Assembly (NCBI GenBank): GCA_036391385.1
Contig: DASWAA010000232.1
Coordinates: 1 to 61,727, forward strand
Source: Streptosporangiaceae bacterium
Lineage (GTDB): Bacteria; Actinomycetota; Actinomycetes; Streptosporangiales; Streptosporangiaceae
Direction: 5' to 3'
DNA: 61,727 bases
This document shows, piece by piece, positions 59,559 through 61,727 of this stretch. The number at the start of each line of letters is the position of its first letter. Position 1 is the stretch's first letter. The translations under genes were made by a program, and so were the position numbers. The notes below the pieces were generated by a model, which saw nothing but the letters and a program-made list of their open reading frames with translations, made no database searches and was not told the origin of the DNA.

Positions 59559-60412
59559 TCCCGGCCAAGTTCGACTACGTCAGGGCAGGCTCGGTCGACG
59601 AGGCAGTGCGGGCGCTGGCCGAAGGCGGCGAGGACGCCAAGGTCATCGCGGGCGGGCAGAGCCTGCTGCCGCTGCTGCGCCTGCGGCTCGCCAACCCGGA
59701 CCTGCTCGTCGACATCGGCGGTATCGACGAGCTCCGCGGCGTCATCGATCACGGCGACTCGCTGCTGATTGGCGCTCGGACCACGCACTATCAGGTCGTG
59801 CACGACCCGCTGATCGGCGAGCACTGCGGGCTCCTCGCGGAGGCTGCGGCGACAGTGGCCGACCCGGCCGTCCGGCACCGCGGTACGCTCGGCGGCTCGC
59901 TGGCCCACGCCGACCCAGCCGGTGACCTTCCGGCCGTGGTGCTCGCGCTCGGCGCCACCATGGTGGCGCGCGGTCCCGGCGGCGAGCGCGAGATCGCCGC
60001 GTCAGACTTCTTCGTCGACTACCTGACCTCCGCACTCGACCCCGGAGAGATCCTGACCGGGGTACGGGTACCCAAGCTCGGCGGGGACTGGGGCTATCGT
60101 TACGAGAAGTTCCACCGGACCGCGCAAGCCTGGGCGATCGTGGGCGTGGCCGCTCTGGCCAGGCGCTCGAACGGGCACGTTGCGGAGGCCAGGATCGGGC
60201 TGACCAACATGGGGTCGGTTCCGGTCAGGGCCAGCGCGGCCGAGGCGGCCGCTGCGGGCGCCGAGGCAACCCGCGAGGCGCTCAGCGCCGCTGCGGCGGG
60301 CGCGGCCGATGGCACTGAACCACCGGCGGACCTGCACGGAGCGCCCGACTACCGGCGTCACCTTGCCCAGGTCCTGACCGGCCGAGCATTGGCAGCGGCG
60401 GCAGGAGCTTAA
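59555..60412 (+). CDS. FAD-binding medium subunit (CoxM-like)
   Basis: ATG 59555 overlaps the large-subunit stop (ATGA). The sequence contains FDYVRAGSVDEAV..L....DAKVIAGGQSLLPLLRLRLA...HRGTLGGSLAHADPAGD. Confidence 0.9.
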   Translation: MIPAKFDYVRAGSVDEAVRALAEGGEDAKVIAGGQSLLPLLRLRLANPDLLVDIGGIDELRGVIDHGDSLLIGARTTHYQVVHDPLIGEHCGLLAEAAATVADPAVRHRGTLGGSLAHADPAGDLPAVVLALGATMVARGPGGEREIAASDFFVDYLTSALDPGEILTGVRVPKLGGDWGYRYEKFHRTAQAWAIVGVAALARRSNGHVAEARIGLTNMGSVPVRASAAEAAAAGAEATREALSAAAAGAADGTEPPADLHGAPDYRRHLAQVLTGRALAAAAGA

Positions 60413-60416
60413 CAGC

Positions 60417-61373
60417 ATGGAACTGGAGCACTCATTCACTGTCCCGGTCCCCAGGAGCCGGGCGTGGGATGTGCTGCTCGACGTGGAGAGGGTGGCGCCC
60501 TGCATGCCGGGCGCCACCCTCGACTCGGTCGACGGCGACGAGATTCACGGCAGGATCAAGGTCAAGGTCGGCCCGATCAACATGACGTACGCGGGCACCG
60601 CGCGCTTCGTCGAGCGGGACGCCGAAGCTGGCGTGGTGACGCTCGAGGCCTCCGGCAAGGAGACCAAGGGTGCCGGCACCGCGTCGGCCTCGGTCAGGTC
60701 GGTCCTGGAGGACCACGGGAACGAGACTCACGTCAGCGTTAAGACGACGCTGAACGTGACCGGCAAGCCGGCGCAGTTCGGCCGCGGCGTCATGAACGAG
60801 GTCGGCGGCAAGCTGCTCGGCATCTTCGCGACGAACCTCGCCGACCTGCTAGCCACCCTGGAGGAGGGCGAGGCGGCGCCGGCCGAGGCCGCTGCCGCAG
60901 GGGCGGCCACCGCGCCCGAGGCGCTGCTCGACGAGCCGGTCGACGAGCTCAAGCTCCCGGCGAGGGCAACCGCGAGCCTGCACAACGCCGGAATCGGGAC
61001 GCTCGGACAGCTGGCAGTCAAGACCGACGACGAACTGCTGGCGATCGACGGCATCGGGCCGGCCACGATCGTCGACATCAAGGCCAAGCTCGTCGAGCAC
61101 GGCCTGACACCAGGGCAGGCAAGAGCCGACATGGCCGAGGCCGCCGAGGCCGGGATCGCTCCCGCCGGCGCACAAGCAGCGACCGCGAGCACACCAGCCG
61201 CCGGACGCCCGGCCACGGCGCGGGCGGCGGCGCATCAGCTAGAGGACGACGCGATCAACCTGATCAAGGTGGCGGGCATGCCGATGCTCAAGCGAGCGAT
61301 CCCGGTGCTCGCCGGCCTCGCCGCCGCTCTGCTGATCGGCCTGCGCCGCAAGCTACGCCGGCGTAACCGCTGA
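60417..61373 (+). CDS. CoxG-like SRPBCC domain fused to an RNA-polymerase-alpha-CTD-like helix-hairpin-helix domain and a C-terminal membrane anchor
   Basis: The N-terminus MELEHSFTVPVPRSRAWDVLLDVERVAPCMPGA...KVGPINMTYAG...NVTGKPAQFGRGVMNEV is CoxG-type. Residues about 174-230 (PVDELKLPARATASLHNAGIGTLGQLAVKTDDELLAIDGIGPATIVDIKAKLVEHGL) resemble RpoA alpha-CTD. The C-terminus reads AIPVLAGLAAALLIGLRRKLRRRNR. Confidence 0.8.
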   Translation: MELEHSFTVPVPRSRAWDVLLDVERVAPCMPGATLDSVDGDEIHGRIKVKVGPINMTYAGTARFVERDAEAGVVTLEASGKETKGAGTASASVRSVLEDHGNETHVSVKTTLNVTGKPAQFGRGVMNEVGGKLLGIFATNLADLLATLEEGEAAPAEAAAAGAATAPEALLDEPVDELKLPARATASLHNAGIGTLGQLAVKTDDELLAIDGIGPATIVDIKAKLVEHGLTPGQARADMAEAAEAGIAPAGAQAATASTPAAGRPATARAAAHQLEDDAINLIKVAGMPMLKRAIPVLAGLAAALLIGLRRKLRRRNR

Positions 61374-61410
61374 CGGCGCCCGCCGTCCGTGCAGTGCTGC
61401 CCGGGCGGCG

Positions 61411-61426
61411 GCCCCGCCGTCGGGGC
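61411..61426 (+). terminator. Short GC hairpin after the coxG-like gene
   Basis: GCCCCG-CCGT-CGGGGC lies 38 nt after the stop. There is no obvious T-tract. Confidence 0.35.
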
Positions 61427-61667
61427 GTCACGTTGCCCGGGCCGCGGCATCGTGCCCGGGCCGCCGTTCCCGGCATGGCTCGGGTTCAGGTCGGCCGCGG
61501 CCGCACCGGTCGCCGTGTCGCCGCCTGATCCCTGCCAGCGCCGGTCCGCTTCCGCTATTTTGCTGATTGCCACCGCCGCGGGAGGTGGGTACCAAATTAC
61601 CTATATCAACTTTTACGGTATCTTCACAGCAACGACTCATCTTCCCGCGTTTCAAATAGCAGGACCG

Positions 61668-61673
61668 TATAAT
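61668..61673 (+). promoter_or_regulatory. Perfect TATAAT -10 hexamer 7 nt upstream of an ATG (possible leaderless transcript start)
   Basis: TATAAT at 61668..61673 sits in the only AT-rich stretch of the 3' end of the window. An ATG at 61681 opens a frame that runs to the window edge. I found no convincing -35. Confidence 0.3.
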
Positions 61674-61680
61674 GTCGCTG

Positions 61681-61727
61681 ATGCGTGAGCTCGCCGCCCC
61701 TGGCAGTGACTGCGCACATATTCGTAC
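61681..61727 (+). CDS. Possible 5' end of an unidentified gene running off the window (MRELAAPGSDCAHIR...)
   Basis: The frame is open from ATG 61681 to the end of the window, with an alternative in-frame ATG at 61672. It is too short to identify. Confidence 0.25.
   Translation, partial: MRELAAPGSDCAHIR

Overview
A 61.7 kb, visibly very GC-rich Actinomycetota chromosomal core segment. Codon third positions are almost all G/C. I call about 50 protein genes and 2 tRNAs. I saw no rRNA, CRISPR array, transposase or integrase. Most genes lie on the minus strand in tightly coupled arrays with many ATGA/GTGA/TTGA start-stop overlaps.

Gene content in order:
- pntAA-pntAB-pntB transhydrogenase.
- A low-GC islet with a near-consensus promoter driving a secreted beta/gamma-crystallin-like protein.
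- An ECF sigma factor plus a membrane protein, a pirin, and a SWIM zinc-finger protein.
- tRNA-Glu(CUC) and tRNA-Gln(CUG).
- An FAH-family hydrolase, a DUF2630-like small protein, an MFS transporter and ilvE.
- A 66-codon leuB 3' remnant.
- A PAS-GGDEF-EAL membrane protein with degenerate catalytic motifs, then a 2-hydroxyacid dehydrogenase.
- gatCAB, a canonical GGDEF-EAL protein, ligA, a MetE-like protein, mnmA, a cysteine desulfurase and etfBA.
- folD, purH, purN, a Pro-rich membrane protein and a PerM-like membrane protein.
- sucCD, a stand-alone B12-binding domain protein, pcrA, a Uma2 nuclease and an APC permease.
- A saccharopine-dehydrogenase-like protein, an aldehyde dehydrogenase and a PIG-L deacetylase.
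- An unusual eight-gene pst-type operon.
- A form-II coxS-L-M-type molybdoenzyme cluster ending in a CoxG / RNAP-alpha-CTD-like / membrane-anchor fusion.

Gene order resembles, from memory, the M. tuberculosis fixAB-iscS-trmU-ligA-gatCAB-...-leuB and uvrD1-sucCD-perM-purNH neighbourhoods.

The best candidate for an undescribed system is 46759..56557. There, pstC-pstA-pstB are interleaved with three PstS-like extracytoplasmic receptors, none of them a lipoprotein and two anchored by a C-terminal TM helix. The operon also carries an unknown secreted protein and a sortase-fold protein that keeps the Cys but appears to lack the catalytic His and Arg.

All functional calls rest on by-eye motif and family recognition. 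No searches were run.
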